Assembly (NCBI GenBank): GCA_963823335.1
Contig: CAWGLD010000001.1
Span: 704,001 to 768,000 of the forward strand
Direction of reading: 5' to 3'
Source: an uncultured delta proteobacterium
Lineage (GTDB): Bacteria; Desulfobacterota; Desulfobacteria; Desulfobacterales; B30-G6
DNA: 64,000 nt
Shown here: positions 10,068 to 18,816 of the stretch, in pieces
Layout: each line of letters starts with the position of its first letter
Numbering within the stretch: position 1 is the stretch's first letter
The notes under the pieces: model-generated
The model's database searches: none
What the model was told of the DNA's origin: nothing
Seen by the model: the letters and a program-made list of their open reading frames with translations, nothing else
Translations under genes and position numbers: made by a program

Positions 10068-10295
10068 TTAGCGGGCATTAATAAAGTCGATGGCATCTTT
10101 GACCGATTCAAGCTTTTCCGCGTCTTCATCGGAGATATCGATATCGAATTCTTCTTCCATGGTCATGATCAGTTCCACCAGATCCAGTGAATCCGCCCCC
10201 AGATCATCGACAAACGATGCTTCAGGTATGACTTCCGCCAAATCGACACTCAACTTCTCTGCAATAATTTTTTTAACTTTATCTTCGATTGACAT
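10068..10295 (-). CDS. acpP: Acyl carrier protein
   Basis: [12 protein letters not shown] phosphopantetheine motif; AAGGAG SD. Confidence 0.97.
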   Translation of the reverse strand: MSIEDKVKKIIAEKLSVDLAEVIPEASFVDDLGADSLDLVELIMTMEEEFDIDISDEDAEKLESVKDAIDFINAR

Positions 10296-10392
10296 TGAAT
10301 GCATCTCCTTTTATTCCGTCCAGCATAACCGGACCACGTCTAATAATTTTTAAAGATTGATTTTCTCTTAACCTTAAGCGATAAGCGGTTCA

Positions 10393-10451
10393 CGCCCTCA
10401 AACCCTCCAAACCTCAGACCCTCCTACCCTGCTTTTTTTACCCCTGGACCC
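10393..10451. repeat. CCCTCAAA-type 8-mer array (G-rich on the sense strand) after the fabG stop
   Basis: CCCTCAAACCCTCCAAACCTCAGACCCTCCTACCC. Confidence 0.65.
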
Positions 10452-10455
10452 ATCT

Positions 10456-11202
10456 TTACGTATACATCCCCCCACTGACATGCAGTACCTGGCCGGTAAT
10501 ATAGGCCGCCTCGTCAGAGGCAAGAAACTTGATGGCTGCCGCGACCTCCGACAACTTTCCTGCCCTTCCCATGGGAATGAATGCCAGCATGGCTTCTTTT
10601 GCCTTTTCCTGAAGCGATGCGGTCATATCGGTCTCCAGATAACCGGGGGCCACGGCATTCACTGTGATTCCTCTGGTGGCCATTTCTTTGGCAACAGATT
10701 TGGTAAGCCCGATGATGCCGGCCTTTGATGCAGCATAGTTGGCCTGGCCCGGGTTTCCCATGGCGCCTACAACAGACGTGACATTGACAATCCTGCCGTA
10801 GCGCTTTCGTATCATGAGACGGATCACCGGTTTGATACAGTTGAAGGTGCCTTTCAGGTTGGTTTCCAGAACATCGTCCCAGTCTGATTCTTTCATCATT
10901 GCAATCAGGCCATCACGTGCTATGCCCGCATTGTTAACCAGAATGTCTATTTTTTGGGATGTTGCGGCAATCCGTTTGAACCAGGCACTGACCATGTTAA
11001 AGGAGCTGATATCGACACGCTCTGCGTCCCAGCTCCCGCCGGCGGCGGCAATCAGTTCCCCGGTCTCCTGGGCTCCTGTTTCCGATGCATGGTAATTAAA
11101 ATAAATATGGGTGCCGGGGTCTGCAAAGGTCTGGCAGATTACCCGCCCGAGACCCCGCGAGCCTCCCGTGACAACCACAATGCGTTTTTCATCCTGTGTC
11201 AT
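10456..11202 (-). CDS. fabG: 3-oxoacyl-ACP reductase
   Basis: TGGSRGLG, NNAGI and YAASKAG motifs; ATGA overlap with the upstream gene. Confidence 0.95.
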   Translation of the reverse strand: MTQDEKRIVVVTGGSRGLGRVICQTFADPGTHIYFNYHASETGAQETGELIAAAGGSWDAERVDISSFNMVSAWFKRIAATSQKIDILVNNAGIARDGLIAMMKESDWDDVLETNLKGTFNCIKPVIRLMIRKRYGRIVNVTSVVGAMGNPGQANYAASKAGIIGLTKSVAKEMATRGITVNAVAPGYLETDMTASLQEKAKEAMLAFIPMGRAGKLSEVAAAIKFLASDEAAYITGQVLHVSGGMYT

Positions 11203-12875
11203 GAAGCCCCCTGGAACAAGCAACCTGCAACAATATCCATTTCCGTGATGACCTTGTCATAACCGAGCATCAGCGCTGCATAATCCAGGTCCTGTAGGTA
11301 GGTCGCCATCTCTTCCGGGCTGAAAACCCCTGTTCCCAACAGTATCAAGGGAATATTTTTTGCTGTAAGCTGTGCTACTTCGTTGGCAAATATTCTGGAT
11401 ATGGCCCGGAATTTTTCCGCGTCAGGATGTCCGTCTTTCATCAAGCCGGCCGCCTTTCTTGCCAGGCTTGCACCTACTTCCACGTGGGTCATCAAGTCTG
11501 CCAGGCCGAACATGACATATTGCTGGCGGGTTAACCGGTTGTCATGAACCCGATTGATGGTTTCGTTCAGCAGTCTGGTGCAGTATCCCAGCAGGGCACC
11601 CCCGCCGTTCTTGAAAGAAGTCTCGAGGGCTGCCATTTCCGAACTGAGGCGGTTATAAAAGTCGCCCTTTGTCTTACGCGATATTTTCCATCGGTAGGTA
11701 CCGATGATATTTTGCTGAATCTCGCTGGTGCCTTCGTAAATGCAGGTAATTTTGACATCCCGCTTTATTTTTTCGACTTCGAATTCAGAAATATACCCAT
11801 ATCCGCCAAGCGCCTGCATGGCGTCGTCTGCAGCCCTGTTTGCCGCTTCGGTGGTGAACAGCTTGGCAATGGAGCCCTCCACCTGGATGTCTTTCTCGCC
11901 ATCACGGTCAACTTCTAGAACCATCTCCTCGATATAGGCAGCGGCGGCTTCGAGTCTTACCACGTGAGGTACCACCAGCTTGTGGGTATAGCCCTGCTTT
12001 TCAGACAAGGGAGAACCAAACTGGATCCGTTCTTTGGCATACTGGATTACGATATCCATGGCAGCCTCGGCAGCCCCCAGTGCCATGGATGCCACCATGA
12101 GACGCGTGTAGCCGAATACCTTGTTGGCCTGTTTCAATCCCTTGCCGGGAATGCCGCCCACCAGGTTTTCCAGCGGCACGAACACGTCCCGAAAAGACAA
12201 GGGAGACGTATTCGAGGCACGGATGCCATGCTTTTCTTCACCCTTGCCCTGGTCAAATCCCTGGGTTCCTTTTTCCACGATAAAAAAGGAAGGCCCCTCC
12301 GGTGTCTTTGCCAAAAGGGTGATAAAATCCGCATATCCTCCGGTGGAGATAAACTGTTTTGTTCCGTTAATCCTGTAGCCGGTAATCCGTCCGTCATCGT
12401 CGGAGACAGGTTCGGCTTTGGTCTTGAGGGCCGCCAGGTTGCTGCCGGCGCCTGCTTCGGTCACTGCGTAGGCCACCAGGGACGTCCCTTCCGCGATGGT
12501 GCCGAGCCATTTCTCTTTCTGCGCCTCGGTGCCCCCGACGATTATGGGATCTGCACCCAGTTGGATCGCGAAAAAAGCGGTCCCCACGCCCAGGCATATC
12601 TTGGCCATTTCCCGGGTGACCTCACAACAGTCTCTGGCACCGCCTCCCATTCCGCCATAGGCTTCCGGGATAAAAATGAGCTGGAGCCCGATATCGGGTC
12701 CCAGCATCTGGCGGATCGTCTCTTCCGGGAAGACTTCATCCCTGTCGAAAGATAGAATCGATTCCTTTGACAGTAGCTTTTTTTTCAAAGACCTGACGGT
12801 ATCGATGACCATCTGCCTCAATTCAGGGTCGATTCCATAAAAAGCGCTTTCCGTCTCAGTGGGATGTGTTGGCAT
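11199..12875 (-). CDS. Acyl-CoA dehydrogenase with a C-terminal extension
   Basis: AVTEAGAGS, GTKQFIS, KHGIRAS, ERIQFG, QALGGYGY and IYEGTSEIQ. Confidence 0.92.
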   Translation of the reverse strand: MPTHPTETESAFYGIDPELRQMVIDTVRSLKKKLLSKESILSFDRDEVFPEETIRQMLGPDIGLQLIFIPEAYGGMGGGARDCCEVTREMAKICLGVGTAFFAIQLGADPIIVGGTEAQKEKWLGTIAEGTSLVAYAVTEAGAGSNLAALKTKAEPVSDDDGRITGYRINGTKQFISTGGYADFITLLAKTPEGPSFFIVEKGTQGFDQGKGEEKHGIRASNTSPLSFRDVFVPLENLVGGIPGKGLKQANKVFGYTRLMVASMALGAAEAAMDIVIQYAKERIQFGSPLSEKQGYTHKLVVPHVVRLEAAAAYIEEMVLEVDRDGEKDIQVEGSIAKLFTTEAANRAADDAMQALGGYGYISEFEVEKIKRDVKITCIYEGTSEIQQNIIGTYRWKISRKTKGDFYNRLSSEMAALETSFKNGGGALLGYCTRLLNETINRVHDNRLTRQQYVMFGLADLMTHVEVGASLARKAAGLMKDGHPDAEKFRAISRIFANEVAQLTAKNIPLILLGTGVFSPEEMATYLQDLDYAALMLGYDKVITEMDIVAGCLFQGAS

Positions 12876-12934
12876 TCAGTTACCTTTAAGATAGTTACCG
12901 GTTCGCGACAACGGTTGTACCAAATCCAGGGGGA

Positions 12935-13114
12935 CTATTCTTCAGTCTCGATAACGGTCCTGCCTTTGTAAGTTCCACAACTCGGGCATGCGTGGTGGGG
13001 CTGGACAGCCTCACCACACTGGGGGCAGGATGCCAGGTTCGGGGCGGTCAGTTTTTGATGCGTCCGTCGTTTGTCACGTTTTGACTTGGATGTCTTCCTT
13101 TTTGGAACAGGCAT
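12935..13114 (-). CDS. rpmF: 50S ribosomal protein L32 (59 aa, zinc-ribbon form; absent from the ORF track)
   Basis: Manual translation MPVPKRKTSKSKRDKRRTHQKLTAPNLASCPQCGEAVQPHHACPSCGTYKGRTVIETEE; AGGAG SD. Confidence 0.96.
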   Translation of the reverse strand: MPVPKRKTSKSKRDKRRTHQKLTAPNLASCPQCGEAVQPHHACPSCGTYKGRTVIETEE

Positions 13115-13489
13115 AAGTAATCTCCTAACTGCTTGTATTTAATATAAAATAATCACTTTCCATGCTTAACGAGAGCGTGGATCCTCTAGTAATTGAATTC
13201 ATTCTAATTGTCAAGGATTTTCCCTGATTATTTATGTTGTCCTCTTGTGCTGTGTTCCTATATGTGCTACTGAGGTCATCCATAAAATGAACGCCCCTGC
13301 AATATTTGCATAACCAACTGTTTATATTGTTATATTTTTTTATGGACGGCGATATGACAGCAAATTTAGCCACACAAGCTTTTTTTTTAAGAAAGTTGGT
13401 TCATAGGGACCGCAAAAATCGCGACAGGCCGAAAAAGAAAATAAATTGACTAATTGCTACACCAGAAAACAAGTAATAAAGGTAACAAA

Positions 13490-14902
13490 ATGGATATGAT
13501 CATCACCCGATTTCCACCAAGCCCCACCGGCTATCTGCATGTGGGCGGCGCCCGGACCGCCCTGTTCAACTGGCTTTACGCCCGGCACATGAAAGGCAAG
13601 TTTGTTCTCCGGATCGAAGATACCGATGCGGCCCGTTCGACCCAGGCTTCTGTGGATGCTATATTCGAAGCGTTGGAATGGTTGGGGATCGACTGGGATG
13701 AAGGCCCCTTTTATCAATCCCGGCGCTATCCCATCTATCAGGAGTACATCGACAAGCTCATCCAAACCGGCAATGCCTATTACTGCACCTGTAGCCCCGA
13801 GCAGCTCGAATCCATGCGGGCAAAAGCAATGGCCACCGGTGAAAAACCCAAATATGACGGGACCTGCAGGGGTAAAAGCCTGCCAAAGTCAGAAAATGCT
13901 GTGGTGCGTTTCAAGGCGCCCCTGACCGGTACGACCCTGCTGGAAGATGTCATCAAGGGGAATATCACATTTCAGAACGATGAACTGGATGATTTCATCA
14001 TTGCACGAAGCGACGGATCCCCGACATACAACTTTGTCGTGGTTGTCGACGATATCACCATGCAGATCAACACCATCATACGGGGTGACGATCACGTGAT
14101 GAACACACCCAAGCAGATGCTGCTTTACCAGGCCTTGGGGGCGCAACTTCCGGTATTTGGGCACGTACCCATGGTCCTTGGAAAAGATCGCTCCCGTCTC
14201 AGCAAGCGGCATGGCGCCACATCCGTCACCGCCTATCGTGACATGGGCTTTCTGCCGGAAGCGGTTGTGAATTACCTGGTACGCCTGGGCTGGTCCTACG
14301 GTGACCAGGAATTTTTTACCAAGGACGAGCTCATCGAAAAATTCAGCCTGAAAAACATCGGGCGTGCCGCCGGTATATTCGACCAGGAAAAGCTTACCGC
14401 TCTCAATGCCGATCACATCCAGGCCACACCACCTGAAACGCTTGCCAAACTGCTGGTTCCCTTTCTGAAGAACATCGGCCTGCATGCCGAATCGGACGAG
14501 TGTCTTGTCAAGGTTGTCAAGACACTGGTTCAGCGGAGTAAGACACTGGAGGAAATGGCCACGGCGGCGGTCTTCTATTTTGCCGAGACCATCGAATACG
14601 AGGAAAAAGCCGCCAAAAAATTTTTAAAGCCTGCTGCCAGGCAACCCCTGCAGCTTCTCATGGATGCCCTGGGCACCATCGAGACATTTACCGAAGAAAA
14701 CCTGGAAAACGCCTTTAAATCCGTTATGGACAAGACCGGTCTGAAACTCGGCAAGATTGCCCAGCCGGTGCGCGTGGCCCTGACCGGCAAGACAGCCAGC
14801 CCCGGTATCTTTGAAATAACCGAAATTATCGGCAAGGAAAAGGTAATTTATCGTCTGAAACAGGCTGTCACATATATTGAGCAGATAACGGAAAAAGAAT
14901 AG
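13490..14902 (+). CDS. gltX: Glutamate--tRNA ligase
   Basis: RFPPSPTGYLHVGG, LRIEDTD, IRGDDH and LSKRHG. Confidence 0.98.
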   Translation: MDMIITRFPPSPTGYLHVGGARTALFNWLYARHMKGKFVLRIEDTDAARSTQASVDAIFEALEWLGIDWDEGPFYQSRRYPIYQEYIDKLIQTGNAYYCTCSPEQLESMRAKAMATGEKPKYDGTCRGKSLPKSENAVVRFKAPLTGTTLLEDVIKGNITFQNDELDDFIIARSDGSPTYNFVVVVDDITMQINTIIRGDDHVMNTPKQMLLYQALGAQLPVFGHVPMVLGKDRSRLSKRHGATSVTAYRDMGFLPEAVVNYLVRLGWSYGDQEFFTKDELIEKFSLKNIGRAAGIFDQEKLTALNADHIQATPPETLAKLLVPFLKNIGLHAESDECLVKVVKTLVQRSKTLEEMATAAVFYFAETIEYEEKAAKKFLKPAARQPLQLLMDALGTIETFTEENLENAFKSVMDKTGLKLGKIAQPVRVALTGKTASPGIFEITEIIGKEKVIYRLKQAVTYIEQITEKE

Positions 14903-14950
14903 GTTCGGGTTTGTTGAGTTCATTGAGTTTATTGTGTTTCTTGTGTTTGC
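14903..14950. repeat. GT-rich 9-mer array after the gltX stop
   Basis: GTTGAGTTCATTGAGTTTATTGTGTTTCTTGTGTTT; same family as 21838 and 23590. Confidence 0.65.
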
Positions 14951-15077
14951 CTATCTAAAAGTTTATGCTTGACTTATTACCCGATTGTTTTGTATCAGAC
15001 CACAAGATTTCGATATGAAACGTAACTGCTGTTGACAGTAGAATAAAAATTCATATCACCTACAGACAATAAAAATA

Positions 15078-15118
15078 GCGGCAAAGCCGCGTCATATAAA
15101 TTTGTGAAACAAATTTAT
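15078..15118 (+). repeat. Double-hairpin motif, copy 2 (abuts the tRNA-Gln 5' end)
   Basis: GCGGC-AAA-GCCGC GTCAT ATAAATTTGT-GAA-ACAAATTTAT, immediately followed by TGGGGGA. Confidence 0.8.
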
Positions 15119-15192
15119 TGGGGGATCGTCTAGTGGTAGGACGACGGGTTCTGGCCCCGTTAACCCAGGTTCGAACCCTGGTCCCCCAGCCA
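15119..15192 (+). tRNA. tRNA-Gln (anticodon CTG)
   Basis: Acceptor stem TGGGGGA/TCCCCCA, anticodon arm ACGGG-TTCTGGC-CCCGT, T arm CCAGG-TTCGAAC-CCTGG, encoded CCA. Confidence 0.96.
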
Positions 15193-15201
15193 AACAATAA
15201 C

Positions 15202-15241
15202 AAGGGGTTATGGTTCAATGCCATAACCCCTTATTTTTTTT
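15202..15241 (+). terminator. Rho-independent terminator after tRNA-Gln
   Basis: AAGGGGTTATGG-TTCAATG-CCATAACCCCTT followed by a T-tract. Confidence 0.85.
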
Positions 15242-15467
15242 GCTAACCTAAAATCATTTTTATAATTATCATCCACGGCCTGTCACACCGGAAGCCGCAA
15301 GCGCCAGTCTCATCGCTCTTGTTATTATTACATCAGGGACTTAGATGCTATTCTGAGTCTCTGGTTCTTTTTTTCTTTTCAGACTCTGCCCTCCGTTTTC
15401 CGTCCACTGACCTTCTGATCTTCTTAACTTCTGCGCTTAGGCCTCTGTATAAGTGATTGCTAAATTA

Positions 15468-15634
15468 TTGAACCGCAACAGCGAGCGCATTCCCCGTAGC
15501 CTGCTGCGGGGTTAGCGAGCGAATCTAAATTAGACAGAACTCCTTACGGTCGATGCGCAGCGCTGCCGTACGGCAGAACATTCCTCGTAGGTTCTGCCGT
15601 TCGGCAGTGCTTCGCATGCTGCGAGGTTCTTCAA
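15468..15634. mobile_element. MITE/REP-like element, copy 1 (TTGAA...TTCAA ends)
   Basis: Near-identical reverse complement at 46086-46228; internal hairpins of the CCCCGCAGCAAGCTACGGGG type and CTGCCGTACGGCAG. Confidence 0.8.
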
Positions 15635-15790
15635 TTTTCCTATGACATGATACTGCCATAAAACAGCGGTGGTGGTAAAAATGAAATTATCGAAAAAACA
15701 TTGACTCACAAACATCGGTTTGAAATAGTTGTTTTTGGAAAAAGCAAATCCCTCTCTTTTTATAATAACTATAAAAAAAAGGAGCCGCTT

Positions 15791-17674
15791 TTGAAAAACA
15801 TATTACACAAAACTCCCTTCTCTTTTCTTCCGGAAAAGGCAATTGAAGATCTTCTAAGCCACTTTTCCCCTGAAACAATAAAAAAAGACACCATACTTCT
15901 GACACAGGAAATATCACCGGTTGAAAAATTTATCGTTCTTTCCCAGGGATCTGCCCAGTATTTTTTTGAACAAAACAATGAAAAAACCCTTCAGGGACGA
16001 TTAGGTGAAGGAGACAATTTCGGGGGCATCTCAATCCTGCTGAATGATGCTGTGGCCATAAGAACATTGAAAGTACTTGAAGATTCTGTTTTTTTTAATT
16101 TGGATGCCGACATTTTTTTAAAGACCTGCACAGAATTTGAAGAATTTAAAACCTTTTTTACCAATGTTTTTGGAAATTTGATGCTGAATAAATCCTACGC
16201 CGGTATTGTTGCACGACAGATAAAGGACAAGGAATTTAATCTGCCTTTTTTTAACCAGCCCATTTCAGCAATTTTCAGACCAAATATCGTCACCCTTCCG
16301 CATGATGCAACCATTCATGAAGCCGCTCAAAAAATGGCAAAAAACAGTTCAGGTTCAATATTTATAAAGGACGAAAAAGGAAAAGTTAATGCCATATTGA
16401 CAGATGCCGATCTGAGAAACAGCGCCATAGCAAAAGGGCTGGACATTGAACATCCTGCTGCCGCCATTGCATCCTCCCCCGTTTTTTCAGTCCCTGCCGA
16501 TTCCCAGGTTTTTGAAGCATTTGTCACAATGATCAGCGTGGACAAGAAATATCTGGCGGTCTCCAGCAAAGCCAACAATATTATCGGCACAATTTCCGAT
16601 AAGGATTTGATCGCCGCGCAGGCAGATTCTACAAATCTTCTTATAAAAACAATTAAATCAGTCAAGAACGCCAGTCAGCTCGAGAACATGCACTCGAGAA
16701 TGGCGCTGATGCTTCTGGACCCCATCCGAAACGGTGCAAACCCTGAATATATCACCCGGTTGATCACAACAATTTCCGATGCTATTCTGGACAAGGTCAT
16801 TGAACTCAGCATTGCAAAACTGGGTAAGCCACCATGTAAATTTGCCTTCATGATCATGGGATCAGAGGGTCGTGAAGAGCAAACCCTTGTATCTGACCAG
16901 GACAATGGCATTGTTTATGAAGACCTTGAAAATGATAAAGACAAGGCATCTGCAGAAGAATATTTCAGTAAACTCGCCGAACTGGTGTGTAGCCAGCTCG
17001 ATGCTGCCGGATACAAGTTTTGCACCGGCGAATGCATGGCCAAAAACCCTAAATGGTGTCAGTCGCTGACAAACTGGAAAAGATATTTTCACAACTGGAT
17101 CTATAACGGGTCGCCCGAAGATCTTCTTCATTCAAGTATTTTTGTCGATTTCAAAGGGGTTTGGGGAGATTTGGGCCTCACAGACAAACTGAAAGAATTT
17201 CTGCTGGCTTCCGTTGGAAAACAACCCGGGTTTTTAAGATATCTAACTGAAAACGCATTGTATTTTAAGCCACCCATGGGCTTGTTCGGAAAGCTGGTTG
17301 TTGAATCCGAAGGGGAACATAAGGACTCTTTCAATGTCAAATCGGCTATGCAGCCAATTGTTGACTTTGCACGGATCTATTCATTGAAACACGGTATCGT
17401 TCAAACCAATACCCTCACAAGGCTTTTCCGGCTGTATACAAAACGTGTATTAACCAATGAACAGTATATCGATCTGGTACAATCCTACAAATATGTGATG
17501 CATTTAAGGTTCTTAAGGCAGATTACCACCATTGTCGATGAAGAAAAGGAGCCGGACAATTATATCAATCCGAATAACCTTTCTTACCTTGATAAGGCCA
17601 TGCTAAAAGAGCTGTTTAAAAAAATTAAGCAGTTTCAACAGAAATTGAAAGCCGAATTTGTTGGAACGACCTAG
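15791..17674 (+). CDS. cNMP-binding / CBS / DUF294 nucleotidyltransferase-like signalling protein
   Basis: GDNFGG cNMP-like region, CBS pair, GSEGREEQTLVSDQDNG nucleotidyltransferase motif; TTG start at 15791 after AGGAG. Confidence 0.88.
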   Translation: MKNILHKTPFSFLPEKAIEDLLSHFSPETIKKDTILLTQEISPVEKFIVLSQGSAQYFFEQNNEKTLQGRLGEGDNFGGISILLNDAVAIRTLKVLEDSVFFNLDADIFLKTCTEFEEFKTFFTNVFGNLMLNKSYAGIVARQIKDKEFNLPFFNQPISAIFRPNIVTLPHDATIHEAAQKMAKNSSGSIFIKDEKGKVNAILTDADLRNSAIAKGLDIEHPAAAIASSPVFSVPADSQVFEAFVTMISVDKKYLAVSSKANNIIGTISDKDLIAAQADSTNLLIKTIKSVKNASQLENMHSRMALMLLDPIRNGANPEYITRLITTISDAILDKVIELSIAKLGKPPCKFAFMIMGSEGREEQTLVSDQDNGIVYEDLENDKDKASAEEYFSKLAELVCSQLDAAGYKFCTGECMAKNPKWCQSLTNWKRYFHNWIYNGSPEDLLHSSIFVDFKGVWGDLGLTDKLKEFLLASVGKQPGFLRYLTENALYFKPPMGLFGKLVVESEGEHKDSFNVKSAMQPIVDFARIYSLKHGIVQTNTLTRLFRLYTKRVLTNEQYIDLVQSYKYVMHLRFLRQITTIVDEEKEPDNYINPNNLSYLDKAMLKELFKKIKQFQQKLKAEFVGTT

Positions 17675-17686
17675 TAGAGAGAACTT

Positions 17687-18187
17687 ATGGAAAATAACCA
17701 AACACTGAATGATAAGAGAATACTTGTTGTTGATGATGAGCCCGATATCCTTGAAACGCTGGAAGAGCTTTTAGAGGACATGTATATGGTTGACCCGGCA
17801 TCCTCATTTGAGGCTGCCGTTTCCTGTCTCAAAAACAATACCTATGATGTAGCCATATTAGACATCATGGGAGTCAGGGGGTATGATCTTCTGGAGGCCA
17901 CGCATACTTTGGGAATTCCAACCTTGATGCTGACGGCACACGCACTCACCCCGGATAACCTGAAAAAATCAATTGAACTGGGTGCCGATGCTTATATACC
18001 CAAGGATAAAATGGTGGATATCTCCTTGTATGTAGAAGATGTTTTAATCTCTCGACAAGACAAAAGAAAAAACAATTTCAAATGGTATACCAGGTTGAGA
18101 CCGCTTTTTGATGAATTCTTCGGGGAAGGATGGAAGGACCCGGAAAAGCGGTTCTGGGACGAGTTTGATAAAAAACACATAGCGTAG
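17687..18187 (+). CDS. Stand-alone response regulator receiver protein
   Basis: ILVVDDEPD, ILDIMG, MLTAHA and AYIPK. Confidence 0.9.
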   Translation: MENNQTLNDKRILVVDDEPDILETLEELLEDMYMVDPASSFEAAVSCLKNNTYDVAILDIMGVRGYDLLEATHTLGIPTLMLTAHALTPDNLKKSIELGADAYIPKDKMVDISLYVEDVLISRQDKRKNNFKWYTRLRPLFDEFFGEGWKDPEKRFWDEFDKKHIA

Positions 18188-18293
18188 TGAAACCTCATCT
18201 CGGCCAAACCATTTTTCAGCAGAACCCCGAGTCTCTCTGATGGATTTCCCTAAATCACAGGCAACGACAGATTTCTATATGGAGGAAAGATAC

Positions 18294-18749
18294 GTGGAGC
18301 CAGAAAAAGTCATAGCAGGAAAATACGTTCTCATCGTCGATGATGAGCAGGATATCCTGGATACCCTTGTTGATATGCTGGACATGTGCAGACTCGATAC
18401 AGCCGCCTCCTTCAGTAAAGCAGAAAAGTTGTTGAAGGAAAATCCGTACGATATTGCCGTTCTTGATATCATGGGGGTGGATGGATACGAACTATTGAAA
18501 ATTGCGAACGGTCAGAATATTCCGGCGGTCATGCTCACCGCTAAGGCCCAAACAAATGACAGCCTGAATCGATTGGCTGAGGAAGGTGCAGCATATTATG
18601 CCCCCAAGGATATGATGCATGAACTTGACATTTTTCTTGCAGATGTTTTTCAGGCTATTGCTGAAGGAAAAAGCTCATGGGAAAAAATGTTAGAGCGTGT
18701 ATGCATTTCTATGACGATGACGTCCATGGAACAACGTGGGGGGGGGTAG
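18294..18749 (+). CDS. Stand-alone response regulator receiver protein, paralog of the preceding gene; C-terminus possibly frameshifted
   Basis: LIVDDEQD, VLDIMG, MLTA and YAPK; GGAGG SD before a GTG at 18294; ends in a G9 tract. Confidence 0.85.
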   Translation: MEPEKVIAGKYVLIVDDEQDILDTLVDMLDMCRLDTAASFSKAEKLLKENPYDIAVLDIMGVDGYELLKIANGQNIPAVMLTAKAQTNDSLNRLAEEGAAYYAPKDMMHELDIFLADVFQAIAEGKSSWEKMLERVCISMTMTSMEQRGGG

Positions 18750-18816
18750 CGGAAGGACTTTATAAGGCCATAAGCATACTTCGTCTGCATTTTTTTGGAG
18801 GGGATCAGGAGCAAAT

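Noticed and set aside
13125-13373. 82-aa ORF upstream of rpmF
   Set aside because: AT-rich divergent promoter region with no SD or motif; it does not resemble YceD/DUF177.
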